Shown piece after piece: positions 18,030 through 28,099 of a stretch of DNA of 37,517 nucleotides. The DNA is from an uncultured Opitutia bacterium (GTDB taxonomy: Bacteria > Verrucomicrobiota > Verrucomicrobiia > Opitutales > JAIRKQ01): assembly GCA_965120425.1 (NCBI GenBank), contig CBCPNC010000011.1, positions 1 to 37,517 of the forward strand, in the 5' to 3' direction. The notes beneath the pieces were generated by a model. It did no database searches, was not told the DNA's origin, and worked only from the letters and a program-made list of their open reading frames with translations. Numbering within the stretch: the stretch's first letter is position 1; the number at the start of each line of letters is the position of its first letter. Both the position numbers and the translations under genes were made by a program.

Positions 18030-20474
18030 CTACTTAAACAAAAATCCTATTCCCCCACCTGATTTTAATACAAGTCTAGCATTAAACAACTTTCCAGTTT
18101 TACGAGATTTGAACCCTTCAATCATATCCGTTTGTTTTTCTGTCATTAATTTTACGACCTGTTCCAAAGAAATAGAACATTCAAGCATTGTTTTAGATAC
18201 ACGAAAGTTACACTTTTTTTCAAAAAAATTTCGACAAACATAAGCATCAGGCGATGCTAAAACTGAGCAATTACATAATGGACATTTCCCAATTTCTTCA
18301 TAAGAAATAATATCTTCCGGTATCGTCTTAAGTACTGATTCATTTTTATTGTCAAACTCAAATTCCACCCCACTTTCATTATTCATTATCACTGATGCTG
18401 AAAACTCCGAACCTCGTTTTGACAAAAAGCCAGTTAAAGGCCCAATGCGTCTCTCATTAATTAATGTTACTACTTCTTCAGATAAAAATTTTCGACCACA
18501 TAATGTTTTAGGTATCAAAATACTGCCATCTGATGAACGATAGCTCTTAAAATTTTCTAACAATGGCTTATTGTCTATTGGAGAGATAATTTTTGACTCT
18601 ACTAATGGAATATTTTCTTCATTATAATCTCTAATTTTTTCAATAATACGCTTTGTTAAATCTTCAATTTCATGCATGAATTTTTCGCGAGAAAATTCCC
18701 CGATTTCCATTTGGCGCAATTTATATTCCCATTCGCCAGTCAAAACAGGATCTGCCAACGTTTCAATGTTTAGAGCTTTTAAAAAATTTAATAAATCTTC
18801 TGCCTTATATGTAGAATATAGATTTCGTTTACGGCGTTCAATGTAATGAAGATTCAAGAGATGATCAATAATCTGTGCACGAGTAGCTGGTGTACCCAAT
18901 CCACGGTCCTTCATTGCTGCTGCTAATTCTTCATCATCTAATAATTTACCGGCACCTTCCATAGCTGCCAACAAAGAAGCTTCATTATACCGTGCTGGCG
19001 GATGCGTCTCTTCCTGTGAACTTGAAATATCAATAATTTTAGCACGAGCAGGTTCAGAGTCCTTATCAGATAATGCAGGAAGAATCGGTTCTTGATCTTC
19101 ATTTCTTTTACCATAAACTACTAACCATCCTGGATCAACTAAGACTTTTCCTTCCGATTTGAAATTATAAATGTTTTTTACAGTGCTCGTACGTGTAGTA
19201 ACATCAAATTCTGCGTCCGGATAAAATATTGCAATGAATCGCTTAACGACCATGTTATAAATTTTCTCTTCATCTGGAGTTAAAGATTTTGGTTGATGAG
19301 TAGTTGGAACAATTGCAAAGTGATCGCTTACCTGTTTATTATTAAAAATTTTTTTATTGTTGGGGTTGATTAATTTATTATCAACTACATACATAGCAAA
19401 TGTACTATATTCTCCAGTAATACTATTTAAGATCTGGTAACAATTAGGTGCATAGTCCTCCGTTAAAGCCTTTGAGTCGGTACGTGGATATGTTAAACAT
19501 TTGTGTTTTTCATATAACGACTGCGCAATTTTTAATGTCATTCCAGCAGGCATACTATAGCGCGAATTCGCCTCACGCTGCAGGGTCGTCAAATCATATA
19601 ATCGCGGTGCAGATTGCGTAGTTCGTTTCTTTTTATCGCATACTATTGCAATATTTTCAGTGCTTAAGTCTTTCAATAGTTCATCAATAACATTTTTATC
19701 CCATATGCGATCTAAACGATCATGTGCATTTTTAGGATCCAATTTTTCCGATTTTTGGAACACTCCTTGGTATTGTCCATTTTGCACTTCGAACTGCCCA
19801 ATTATGCGCCAGTATTTTACAGGAACAAAATTTTCAATTTCATAATCTCGCGCAACAATCATTGCTAATGTTGGAGTTTGCACACGCCCAACAGTAGCGA
19901 TTTGTTTAGCACGTGTGCTAAACATACGGCGCGTGATGGCACGTGTACTATTAATACCAATTAACCAATCTGCTTCAGAACGGCACTTCGCTGCATCTTG
20001 CAAATTTTTCATATCCAAGCTACTGCGCAGTGCATTAAATGCATCTTGTATTCCAGATGTAGTCATAGATGATAACCATAAGCGCTTAAATGGTTTCTTA
20101 CATTTGACTAAATCATAAATATAAGTAAAAATTAGTTCTCCTTCACGACCGGCATCGCAAGCATTGATTAATTCTTCAACATCTTCGCGTTTAATTAAAG
20201 TTTTCAGTTCATTAAAACGTTTTTTTGTTTTATCAATTACCTTTGTGCCAAATTTTGTTGGAATTATCGGTAATGTATCCATTGACCAACGCTTTAATTT
20301 CGGATCTATATCCTCTGGCATGTAAAGTTCAACAAGATGGCCAAGAGCCCAACTTACTATATATTTCTCATTTTCGTAGCATATATCATTTTTTTTAAAC
20401 TTTCCCAATACCTTAGCAATATCGGATGCAACACTTGGTTTTTCTGTAATTACTAACGTCTTCACTAGTAACAC
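18030..20474 (-). CDS. topB: Type IA DNA topoisomerase, topoisomerase III-like, with C-terminal Cys-rich zinc-ribbon-like motifs
   Basis: The TOPRIM N-terminus is LVITEKPSVASDIAKVLG...WALGHLVEL. The SEADWLIGINSTRA motif is TopB-like. The active-site Tyr context is LTYPRTDSKAL. C-terminal Cys clusters are CPLCNCSV...CRNFFEKKCNF. Confidence 0.8.
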   Translation of the reverse strand: MLLVKTLVITEKPSVASDIAKVLGKFKKNDICYENEKYIVSWALGHLVELYMPEDIDPKLKRWSMDTLPIIPTKFGTKVIDKTKKRFNELKTLIKREDVEELINACDAGREGELIFTYIYDLVKCKKPFKRLWLSSMTTSGIQDAFNALRSSLDMKNLQDAAKCRSEADWLIGINSTRAITRRMFSTRAKQIATVGRVQTPTLAMIVARDYEIENFVPVKYWRIIGQFEVQNGQYQGVFQKSEKLDPKNAHDRLDRIWDKNVIDELLKDLSTENIAIVCDKKKRTTQSAPRLYDLTTLQREANSRYSMPAGMTLKIAQSLYEKHKCLTYPRTDSKALTEDYAPNCYQILNSITGEYSTFAMYVVDNKLINPNNKKIFNNKQVSDHFAIVPTTHQPKSLTPDEEKIYNMVVKRFIAIFYPDAEFDVTTRTSTVKNIYNFKSEGKVLVDPGWLVVYGKRNEDQEPILPALSDKDSEPARAKIIDISSSQEETHPPARYNEASLLAAMEGAGKLLDDEELAAAMKDRGLGTPATRAQIIDHLLNLHYIERRKRNLYSTYKAEDLLNFLKALNIETLADPVLTGEWEYKLRQMEIGEFSREKFMHEIEDLTKRIIEKIRDYNEENIPLVESKIISPIDNKPLLENFKSYRSSDGSILIPKTLCGRKFLSEEVVTLINERRIGPLTGFLSKRGSEFSASVIMNNESGVEFEFDNKNESVLKTIPEDIISYEEIGKCPLCNCSVLASPDAYVCRNFFEKKCNFRVSKTMLECSISLEQVVKLMTEKQTDMIEGFKSRKTGKLFNARLVLKSGGGIGFLFK

Positions 20475-20483
20475 CCTCTTTTC

Positions 20484-21494
20484 TTATACATTTGCATTAA
20501 CAAAACCGACCTTACGATATACTTTAGCGATCATCTTATTGGCTCGTTTCTGAGCTTCGATTCTACCATCAGCCAACACAGAATGTAAATATTCTTTATT
20601 TCCCACGATTTCGAAATACCTTTCACGAATTGGTCCAATTTTTGAGATAACAGCATCAGCGACTGCTTGCTTAAAAGGCAAATAACTACTCAAATTAGAG
20701 AACTGATTAACAGATTCTTTTATATTAATTCCTTGTGCAGCTGAATAAATATCTAACAAATTAGATACTCCAGGTTTATTTTCTAAATCATATTCGATCT
20801 TACTATTAGAATCTGTAACTGCACTCATAATTTTTTTATATAAAATATCATCAGAATCCGTAATATATATCACAGAATTCTGATTTTTATCCGATTTTGA
20901 CATCTTTGACTGCGGATTTTGTAATGACATTATACGCGCTCCTGAATGTCCAATATATGGCTCTGGGATATTAAAAGTTGGAGAAAATATTCTATTAAAT
21001 TTACTCGCGATATCCCGAGTAATTTCTAAGTGCTGCTTTTGATCTTCTCCAACTGGTACTAAATCAGCATTATATAATAAAATATCTGCTGCCATTAACA
21101 CGGGATAAAACAACAACCCTGAACATATGGATTCTCCCGCTTTTTTAGATTTATCCTTAAATTGTGTCATACGTTCAAGTTGGCCAATAGGAGTAATACA
21201 TCCTAATATCCACATTAATTCTGTGTGTCCAATTATTTGAGATTGTAAAAATATTTTACATTTTTCAGGATTTAATCCACAAGCGATGTATTGTGCAACA
21301 CAATCTAAAGTATTCCTTCTTAGGTCTGCTGGCACATAAGGCATAGTCGTAGCATGCTGATCAGCAAGAAAAAATAAACAATCATACTCATCAAGCATAT
21401 ATTGCCAATTATTAATAGCACCTAATAAATTTCCTAGATGCAATTTTCCTGTTGGCTGTACACCAGTTAAAACAACCTTTTTATTATCTAACAT
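20484..21494 (-). CDS. trpS: Tryptophan--tRNA ligase
   Basis: The HIGH-type motif is GVQPTGKLHLGNLLGA. KMSKS is present (SKMSKSD). The size is 336 aa. Confidence 0.9.
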   Translation of the reverse strand: MLDNKKVVLTGVQPTGKLHLGNLLGAINNWQYMLDEYDCLFFLADQHATTMPYVPADLRRNTLDCVAQYIACGLNPEKCKIFLQSQIIGHTELMWILGCITPIGQLERMTQFKDKSKKAGESICSGLLFYPVLMAADILLYNADLVPVGEDQKQHLEITRDIASKFNRIFSPTFNIPEPYIGHSGARIMSLQNPQSKMSKSDKNQNSVIYITDSDDILYKKIMSAVTDSNSKIEYDLENKPGVSNLLDIYSAAQGINIKESVNQFSNLSSYLPFKQAVADAVISKIGPIRERYFEIVGNKEYLHSVLADGRIEAQKRANKMIAKVYRKVGFVNANV

Positions 21495-21889
21495 ATCTTG
21501 CTTTCACTACTTAATTATAAAAATAGACGCTCACCTAAACAAATTATTATACTCAATATTTTTTTATCTATACAACATTTAATTTCTTATCAGTAATTTA
21601 TATATAATAGTTTTACTAAAACATAGTTCTTAAAAAATATTTCTATCAAATTAATCAGTAAGGTGATATTCTTTCATGAATCTGCAGTATTCGTAGTGCT
21701 ATTACTAAGATGAATATCTAACTTTGTGTAACAACCTTACCGAAAACGAAAAATACTTAATTCAATCTGAATATAATACAAACATGTCACTTTCCTAAAC
21801 ATCAAGAAATTTTCTAATGAACGACATAACTGATAAAAAATTAAATATTGTTTTATCTAAGGATAAAACTTATAATAAGGAATTTTTTC

Positions 21890-22495
21890 TTAAATCTCAG
21901 TAATAATTTTATCAGCGAGTCCATATTCAATAGCTTCTTTTGCATTCATATAAAAATCGCGATCAGTATCCTTTCGAATTTTTTCAATATTTTGACCAGA
22001 TGCTTCTGCTAGGATTTCATTTAATTTATCTCTGGTTTTTTCCATTTCATTAGCCTGAATATTAATATCTACTGCCGGAGCAACAATCTCTCCCATAATT
22101 AACGGCTGATGAATTAATACTCTAGCATTTGGATACAAAAATCTGTTCCCTTTCTTAGCACCACATAGTAAAATAGAGCCCATACTGGCAGCTAAACCAG
22201 TAACAATTACTCGAATTGGCGATTGAATAAGTTTCATCGTATCATATATTGCCATACCGGCAGTAATTGATCCTCCGGGAGTATTAATAAAAAAATCTAT
22301 TGGAGCAGACTGTTGGATAATCTCAAGATATAATAATTTTTCTGTAATATCCTGTGCAGATTCATCATTTACTTCTCCCCAAAGGAATATTTTTCGCTCC
22401 TTTAAAAATTGTTTCTGTATCATAGAATAGCATGAAGATTCCTTTCCTTTATCGCATCTATCATCAGATTCATTTTTCTGCACAAATATGTTCAT
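21890..22495 (-). CDS. clpP: ATP-dependent Clp protease proteolytic subunit
   Basis: Motifs are INTPGGSITAGMAIYDTM, catalytic Ser in TGLAASMGSILL, and His in RVLIHQP. The N-terminal ~25 aa is atypical, so the true start may be internal. Confidence 0.85.
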   Translation of the reverse strand: MNIFVQKNESDDRCDKGKESSCYSMIQKQFLKERKIFLWGEVNDESAQDITEKLLYLEIIQQSAPIDFFINTPGGSITAGMAIYDTMKLIQSPIRVIVTGLAASMGSILLCGAKKGNRFLYPNARVLIHQPLIMGEIVAPAVDINIQANEMEKTRDKLNEILAEASGQNIEKIRKDTDRDFYMNAKEAIEYGLADKIITEI

Positions 22496-22650
22496 ATTTT
22501 ATGTCACTTAACAAATATGATGCAAAAATCAACCATCAATAATATACGACAAACCTCTTTATAGTTCTACTACGTGAGTGTTGTATATAGTATCACTTAT
22601 CCATTTTGTTTTACTAAAAGAAAATTTTTATTAAAAATGCAGTTGTTAAT

Positions 22651-24795
22651 ATGAACAAAGCGACATTATTCTTGTTTTTAGCCTGTAATTGCTTACATGC
22701 TTCAACTATGGAATCTCATACCCATCCATTTTTAGTGGAAGATCAATTTCTTGATTGGCAAACTTTAACCCCAAAACATATCGAAAGTGACATTTCTTTT
22801 GCGATAAAAGAATCCCAAAAGAATATTGATGCAATTGCTAATCAAGATATAAATGATGTTTCTTTTGAAAACACAGTATTAGCACTTAGTTATGCTACCG
22901 TACTATTAGATCGTGGATGGGGAAGAGTAGCTCATTTAGATAATGTATGTAATTCAGATGAATTACGTGATAAGTATAATAAAATGTTACCAGCGGTAGT
23001 AGAGTTTAGTTCAAACATTATTTTAAACGACGCTCTATGGGAGCGCATAAAAGCTTTCTCAGAATCTGAGAAGTCTAAAAATTTACCACCATTAGAAAAG
23101 CGGTTACTACAGGAAACAGTAGATGCATTTAAAGATAGTGGAGCAGATCTCCCTAGAGAACAACGTGAGAGATTAAAAGTAATATCCCTTGAACTTTCTC
23201 AAAAATCACAAAAATTTTCTGAAAATTGTTTAGACTCACGTAATACTTGGGAAAAATACATTACTGATAAATCAGAACTAAAAGGACTACCAGAAACTAC
23301 ATTAAATGTTCTAGCAGATGATGCTAAACAACATGGACATGCAGGATATAGATTATCACTTAAAACACCAAGCTTTAGACCATGTATGCAATATCTTGAC
23401 GATGATAACTTACGTAAAGAACTTTATGAAGCATCATTGTCAATTGGAAGAGCAGGGAAATATGATAATAGTCATTTAGTGGTTGATATCCTTAAATTAC
23501 GCAATGAGGAAGCCCAGATTCTTGGTTATAAAACATTTGCAGATTTAGCCACAAAACATAGAATGGCAAAAAATGGCACAAAAGCATTACAATTTATAGA
23601 AGATTTACATACAAAGACAGAAAAATATTTCCAAAAAGATATTGAAGAAATGCGTACTTTTGTAAAGCAATATACTAAAGATACAGCTGCTGAATTACAA
23701 CCATGGAATTGTGCATATTATTCCGAAAAAAAGAGGCATCAGAAATTAAATTTTGATGCAGAAGAACTGCGTCCATACTTCAAGATGGAAAACGTTATAA
23801 GTGGGCTCTTTGAACTTGTACATCGTTTGTATGGTATAAAAATTTTAGAATGCAAAACATTTTATTCCGACGATCCTAATATTCCAACTCCAAGTGATGC
23901 CATTTCTGTTTGGCATCCTGATGTACAATTTTATAACATTTTTGATGAAAACGGCACATATATTGGTAGCTTTTATGCCGACTGGTATCCTAGAAAATCA
24001 AAACGTGAAGGAGCATGGGCGAATGGATTAGTATCTGGAGGGAATGATAAAGATGGAAATTGGCAATATCCAATAGGTACAATATGTGGCAACCTGACCC
24101 CATCTACAGAAAATTCCCCATCTTTATTAACGCATCGTGAAGTAGAAACTATATTTCATGAGTTCGGACATTTAATGCACCACATGTTTGGTAAAATAAA
24201 ATATCCAAGTTTAAACGGCATGAATGTTGTTTGGGATTTTGTTGAATTACCATCACAAATAATGGAAAACTTCTGTTGGGAACGTGATAGTTTAGATCTC
24301 TTTGCAAAACATTACAAAACTGGAGACAAAATGCCTGATGATTTGTTTAATAAAATGCTTGCAACACGTAAGTATTTACCAGGTATGGCAATGATGGGAC
24401 AATTATGTTACGCAAAGCTTGATTTAGAATTGCACCATCATTATTCTCAATATAAAGACTGCGATATCGAAGAAAAATTACAAAACATTCTAACAACATA
24501 TCGAGTACCATTTACAGTGAAAGTACCAACTATAATGTTAGAATTTTCACATATTTTTGATGGAGGATATGCAGCAGGATATTATTCATACAAATGGGCG
24601 GAAGTACTCGAAGCTGATGCCTTTACAAAGTTTTACAACGCCGGCATAATTAATAAGAATGTTGGTCATGAATTCCGTGAAAAAATACTCGCACGAGGAG
24701 ATAGTGAAGACGCTGATATTTTATACAAAGATTTCATGGGACGCGAACCATCTATTGATGCATTATTAATCCGTAGCGGCATGGTCGATGAATAA
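22651..24795 (+). CDS. M3-family zinc metallopeptidase (oligopeptidase A / dipeptidyl carboxypeptidase-like) with signal-like N-terminus
   Basis: 714 aa. The zinc motif is FHEFGHLMHH with a downstream E in VELPSQIMEN. The N-terminus is MNKATLFLFLACNCLHAS. Confidence 0.85.
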   Translation: MNKATLFLFLACNCLHASTMESHTHPFLVEDQFLDWQTLTPKHIESDISFAIKESQKNIDAIANQDINDVSFENTVLALSYATVLLDRGWGRVAHLDNVCNSDELRDKYNKMLPAVVEFSSNIILNDALWERIKAFSESEKSKNLPPLEKRLLQETVDAFKDSGADLPREQRERLKVISLELSQKSQKFSENCLDSRNTWEKYITDKSELKGLPETTLNVLADDAKQHGHAGYRLSLKTPSFRPCMQYLDDDNLRKELYEASLSIGRAGKYDNSHLVVDILKLRNEEAQILGYKTFADLATKHRMAKNGTKALQFIEDLHTKTEKYFQKDIEEMRTFVKQYTKDTAAELQPWNCAYYSEKKRHQKLNFDAEELRPYFKMENVISGLFELVHRLYGIKILECKTFYSDDPNIPTPSDAISVWHPDVQFYNIFDENGTYIGSFYADWYPRKSKREGAWANGLVSGGNDKDGNWQYPIGTICGNLTPSTENSPSLLTHREVETIFHEFGHLMHHMFGKIKYPSLNGMNVVWDFVELPSQIMENFCWERDSLDLFAKHYKTGDKMPDDLFNKMLATRKYLPGMAMMGQLCYAKLDLELHHHYSQYKDCDIEEKLQNILTTYRVPFTVKVPTIMLEFSHIFDGGYAAGYYSYKWAEVLEADAFTKFYNAGIINKNVGHEFREKILARGDSEDADILYKDFMGREPSIDALLIRSGMVDE

Positions 24796-26191
24796 TCTGG
24801 TCTTATATAATACTCTTACGCGTAAACTAGAAAACATTGAGCGTATTAATGATCGTTTTACCGTATATTTCTGCGGCCCAACTGTTTATAACAATGCACA
24901 TATCGGAAATTTTCGTACATATTTAATTGAAGATGTACTAACTCGATTATTAATATTAGAGGGTTATAATCCACTAGTTGTACGAAATATAACCGATGTT
25001 GATGATAAAACGATCCGCGATTCTACGCAAATTGGAATTACGCTAAATGAATTAACCAACAAATACATCACTCTATTTCACAATGACTGTAAACAATTAA
25101 ATATCTTGCCTCCCGATATTGAACCACGCGCTACTCACCATATAAACGAACAAATTCAATTAATTCAAACATTACTTGAAAATGGTTACGCATATATTTC
25201 TGAAGGATCAGTTTATTTCAAAGTAAAAGTATTTAACAATTACGGGAAATTATCAAATATCAGTAATCGCGAATTGAAGACACAAGATACCGATAGTTCT
25301 GGTAAAAAAAATATTGCTGATGAATACGATCGAGAAAATGTTTGTGATTTTGTATTGTGGAAGGCCCGCAAACTTGAAGATGGAAATAATTTTTGGAACA
25401 GCCCATGGGGCGATGGTCGACCAGGTTGGCATATAGAGTGTAGTGCAATGGCAATGAAATATCTTGGAAAAACAATTGATTTACATGCCGGTGGAGTTGA
25501 TCTTTGCTTTCCTCATCACGAAAATGAAATTGCGCAATCTGAAGCATCGACACATCAGCAATTTGTACGCTATTGGTTTCACATCTCTCATTTGCTCGTT
25601 AATGGAACAAAAATGTCCAAAAGTTTAGGTAATATGTATACCTTAAATGATATTTTATCATTTGGATTTTCCCCAGAAACATTGCGATATTGTCTATTAT
25701 CTGGGCATTACCGTCAATCATTAAACTTTACAATAAATGGGTTACATGCTGCTGATAATGCTGTAAAAAAATTAATACAATTTTCACAAAAGCTACCTGT
25801 TGTTGATGAAAATCTACAACTTCCCGAACATTGGGAATTTTTTTATGACGCTTACAATGCATTAATAAATGATCTTAACATTCCACTTTGCCTTGGAAAT
25901 ACTTTCAAAAGTATCAAAAATATATACTCACAAAAATTTAGTGAAAAAATATTAAAAAATATTGCTAAAGAATTTAACATAATAAAATATACACTTGGCT
26001 TGGAATTAAAGACTTACGAAAACAATATTCCTGAAGACATACAAGAGTTAGCTCGTGCTCGCTGGGAGGCGAAGTTGCAAAAAAATTATAAATTATCTGA
26101 TGAAATGCGTATAAAGATTGAATCTTTGGGCTGGATTGTTAATGATTCTAAGTCTGGGTTTTCACTCAAAAAAAGTAATGTATCTACATGA
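24788..26191 (+). CDS. cysS: Cysteine--tRNA ligase
   Basis: Motifs are CGPTVYNNAHIGNFRTY (HIGH-type), the zinc-site context GWHIECSAM and CFPHHENEIAQSEA, and KMSKS. Confidence 0.9.
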   Translation: MNNLVLYNTLTRKLENIERINDRFTVYFCGPTVYNNAHIGNFRTYLIEDVLTRLLILEGYNPLVVRNITDVDDKTIRDSTQIGITLNELTNKYITLFHNDCKQLNILPPDIEPRATHHINEQIQLIQTLLENGYAYISEGSVYFKVKVFNNYGKLSNISNRELKTQDTDSSGKKNIADEYDRENVCDFVLWKARKLEDGNNFWNSPWGDGRPGWHIECSAMAMKYLGKTIDLHAGGVDLCFPHHENEIAQSEASTHQQFVRYWFHISHLLVNGTKMSKSLGNMYTLNDILSFGFSPETLRYCLLSGHYRQSLNFTINGLHAADNAVKKLIQFSQKLPVVDENLQLPEHWEFFYDAYNALINDLNIPLCLGNTFKSIKNIYSQKFSEKILKNIAKEFNIIKYTLGLELKTYENNIPEDIQELARARWEAKLQKNYKLSDEMRIKIESLGWIVNDSKSGFSLKKSNVST

Positions 26192-27339
26192 TTAAAAACC
26201 AAAATAATTCTTGTACAAGCGATTTGTTAGTATATAGCGGAATTCTAGAAATTTTTGAGCAAGGGAAATATGGGCAGCTCATCAATCCTGAGCGCAATGG
26301 ATATGTTGACCAATCTGATCCATACATTGCACATGATTTATTAAAACAATTATCTCTTAAACGTGGGCAATTATTATCTGTTCACATATTACCCCGTACA
26401 AATTTTCCAAATCCAAAGGTAATATCAGTTGATAAAATTGATAATTTGCCAATAGAGCGAGTATTGGCACGTCCAAAATTTTCAACACTAGAGTCAATAT
26501 CACCGCATCAACAATTAAAATTAGAAAACCCTAAGGGAACGATTAGTTCTCGTATAGTAGATTTATTTTGCCCAATTGCTAAAGGGCAACGCGGTTTAAT
26601 AGTCGCACCTCCACGTACTGGTAAGACATTATTATTGCAAGAGATAGCACGTAATTTAAGTGCTAATTATCCGAAATTGGTCGTTATTACAGCAATTATT
26701 GATGAGCGTCCAGAAGAAGTCACTGATTTTAAACGTTCCATATCAACTGAACTTTTTGCCTCTTCAAATGACCAATCTGCCCGCAACCATATTCGCATTG
26801 CTGAACTCGCATGTGAACGGGCTAAAAATCTAGTAGAACTTGGTAATGATGTTGTATTAATCATTGACAGCATTACGCGCCTAGCACGTGCATATAACCA
26901 ATTTAGTTCTAGTGGCTCTACTTTAAGTGGCGGGATCGATTTACGAGCATTAGAAAAACCGCGACAATTATTTGCATCAGCACGTGATTGTAATGGCCAC
27001 GGAAGTTTAACAATATTAGCTTCTGCACTGATCGAAACAGGCAGTAAGATGGATAATATAATTTTTCAAGAATTTAAAAGTACTGGCAATGCGGAAATTG
27101 TTTTAAATCGTGAACTTGCTGACCTACGAACTTGGCCAGCAATAAATTTATTAGAATCTGGCACGAGACATGAAGAAAATATTCTTGATTCTAATATATT
27201 AAATAGTATATCATTTTTACGACGTGCATTTGTTAATGATAGACCAGTAGAGGCTACTGCGAATGTAATTAACCGTATATCACAAACTCAAAATAATACA
27301 GAATTTCTATCCCTCCTAAATAACCTAGTTAAATCATGA
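26188..27339 (+). CDS. rho: Transcription termination factor Rho (short form lacking the N-terminal helix bundle)
   Basis: The OB/CSD-like region starts near residue 17 (GILEIFEQGKYGQLI). Walker A is GLIVAPPRTGKTLLLQEIA. Also present are IDERPEEV, VLIIDSITRLARAYN, ALIETGSKMD and NAEIVLNRELA. The ATGA start/stop overlaps cysS. Confidence 0.9.
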   Translation: MIKNQNNSCTSDLLVYSGILEIFEQGKYGQLINPERNGYVDQSDPYIAHDLLKQLSLKRGQLLSVHILPRTNFPNPKVISVDKIDNLPIERVLARPKFSTLESISPHQQLKLENPKGTISSRIVDLFCPIAKGQRGLIVAPPRTGKTLLLQEIARNLSANYPKLVVITAIIDERPEEVTDFKRSISTELFASSNDQSARNHIRIAELACERAKNLVELGNDVVLIIDSITRLARAYNQFSSSGSTLSGGIDLRALEKPRQLFASARDCNGHGSLTILASALIETGSKMDNIIFQEFKSTGNAEIVLNRELADLRTWPAINLLESGTRHEENILDSNILNSISFLRRAFVNDRPVEATANVINRISQTQNNTEFLSLLNNLVKS

Positions 27340-27983
27340 AAGCATTTACAACGATAGCTATTGATGGTGCAGCAGCATCAGGGAAAACTACAACTTCTAA
27401 AATAATTGCACAAAAGTATGACTTTATGCACATAAGCACTGGGGAATATTATCGTGCTTTAACGTACCATCTTATAAGTCACAAAATGACGGTAGATAAG
27501 GAAGAAGAGATACAGCAAATACTAAGTTCTTTAGATATAGGTTCAAAGGTAATTGCCAATAAAAGTATAATACTAATCAACGGAAGTGTCGTAAGCGATA
27601 ATTTCTTACGTTCAACAGAAGTTAACAATAATGTTGCTCAGTTTTCACATCTTCCACTGATACGTAAATTTTTACTACAATACCAGCGAGATCAATTAAA
27701 TATTGCACAACAACATTTTTTTCATGGGTTAATTGCAGAAGGACGTGACACGTGCAGTGTAATTTTCCCGGATGCTGATCTAAGGTTTTTACTATATGCT
27801 GATTTAGAGGAACGCAAACAACGTCGCCATCAAGATAATGAGGAGGATTGCATATCGTCTCGAGATTCTATTGACACAAATATTATTAGTGGTGATGAAA
27901 AAAATATAATAAAAATTAATACTGGCACTAATGATTTGCAACAGGTAGAAAATATTATTTCTCGCTATATAGAAGAACTATAA
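27336..27983 (+). CDS. cmk: Cytidylate kinase
   Basis: The P-loop is IAIDGAAASGKTTTSKIIAQKY. GEYYRALT and EGRDTCSVIFPDADLRFLLYADLEERKQRR are present. The ATGA overlaps rho. Confidence 0.8.
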   Translation: MKAFTTIAIDGAAASGKTTTSKIIAQKYDFMHISTGEYYRALTYHLISHKMTVDKEEEIQQILSSLDIGSKVIANKSIILINGSVVSDNFLRSTEVNNNVAQFSHLPLIRKFLLQYQRDQLNIAQQHFFHGLIAEGRDTCSVIFPDADLRFLLYADLEERKQRRHQDNEEDCISSRDSIDTNIISGDEKNIIKINTGTNDLQQVENIISRYIEEL

Positions 27984-27985
27984 TT

Positions 27986-28003
27986 AACGCATAAATATGC
28001 GTT
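27986..28003 (+). terminator. Small hairpin after cmk
   Basis: AACGCATA-AA-TATGCGTT lies 3 nt after the cmk stop and is followed by TTGT. The stem is short and the T-run weak, so this is tentative. Confidence 0.35.
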
Positions 28004-28051
28004 TTGTATCACTTGAATTTTTTACTTAAAAGAGATAATTAAAATTTTTTT

Positions 28052-28079
28052 TTGTAAATTTTGTAAAACAACATACAAT
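28052..28079 (+). promoter_or_regulatory. Candidate sigma70-type promoter for the 921-aa ORF
   Basis: TTGTAA (28052-28057), a 16-nt spacer, then TACAAT (28074-28079). An AAGGA SD-like element lies about 6 nt before ATG 28100. AT-rich DNA produces many such matches by chance. Confidence 0.3.
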
Positions 28080-28099
28080 CTCTCTTAAAAAGGAATTGT

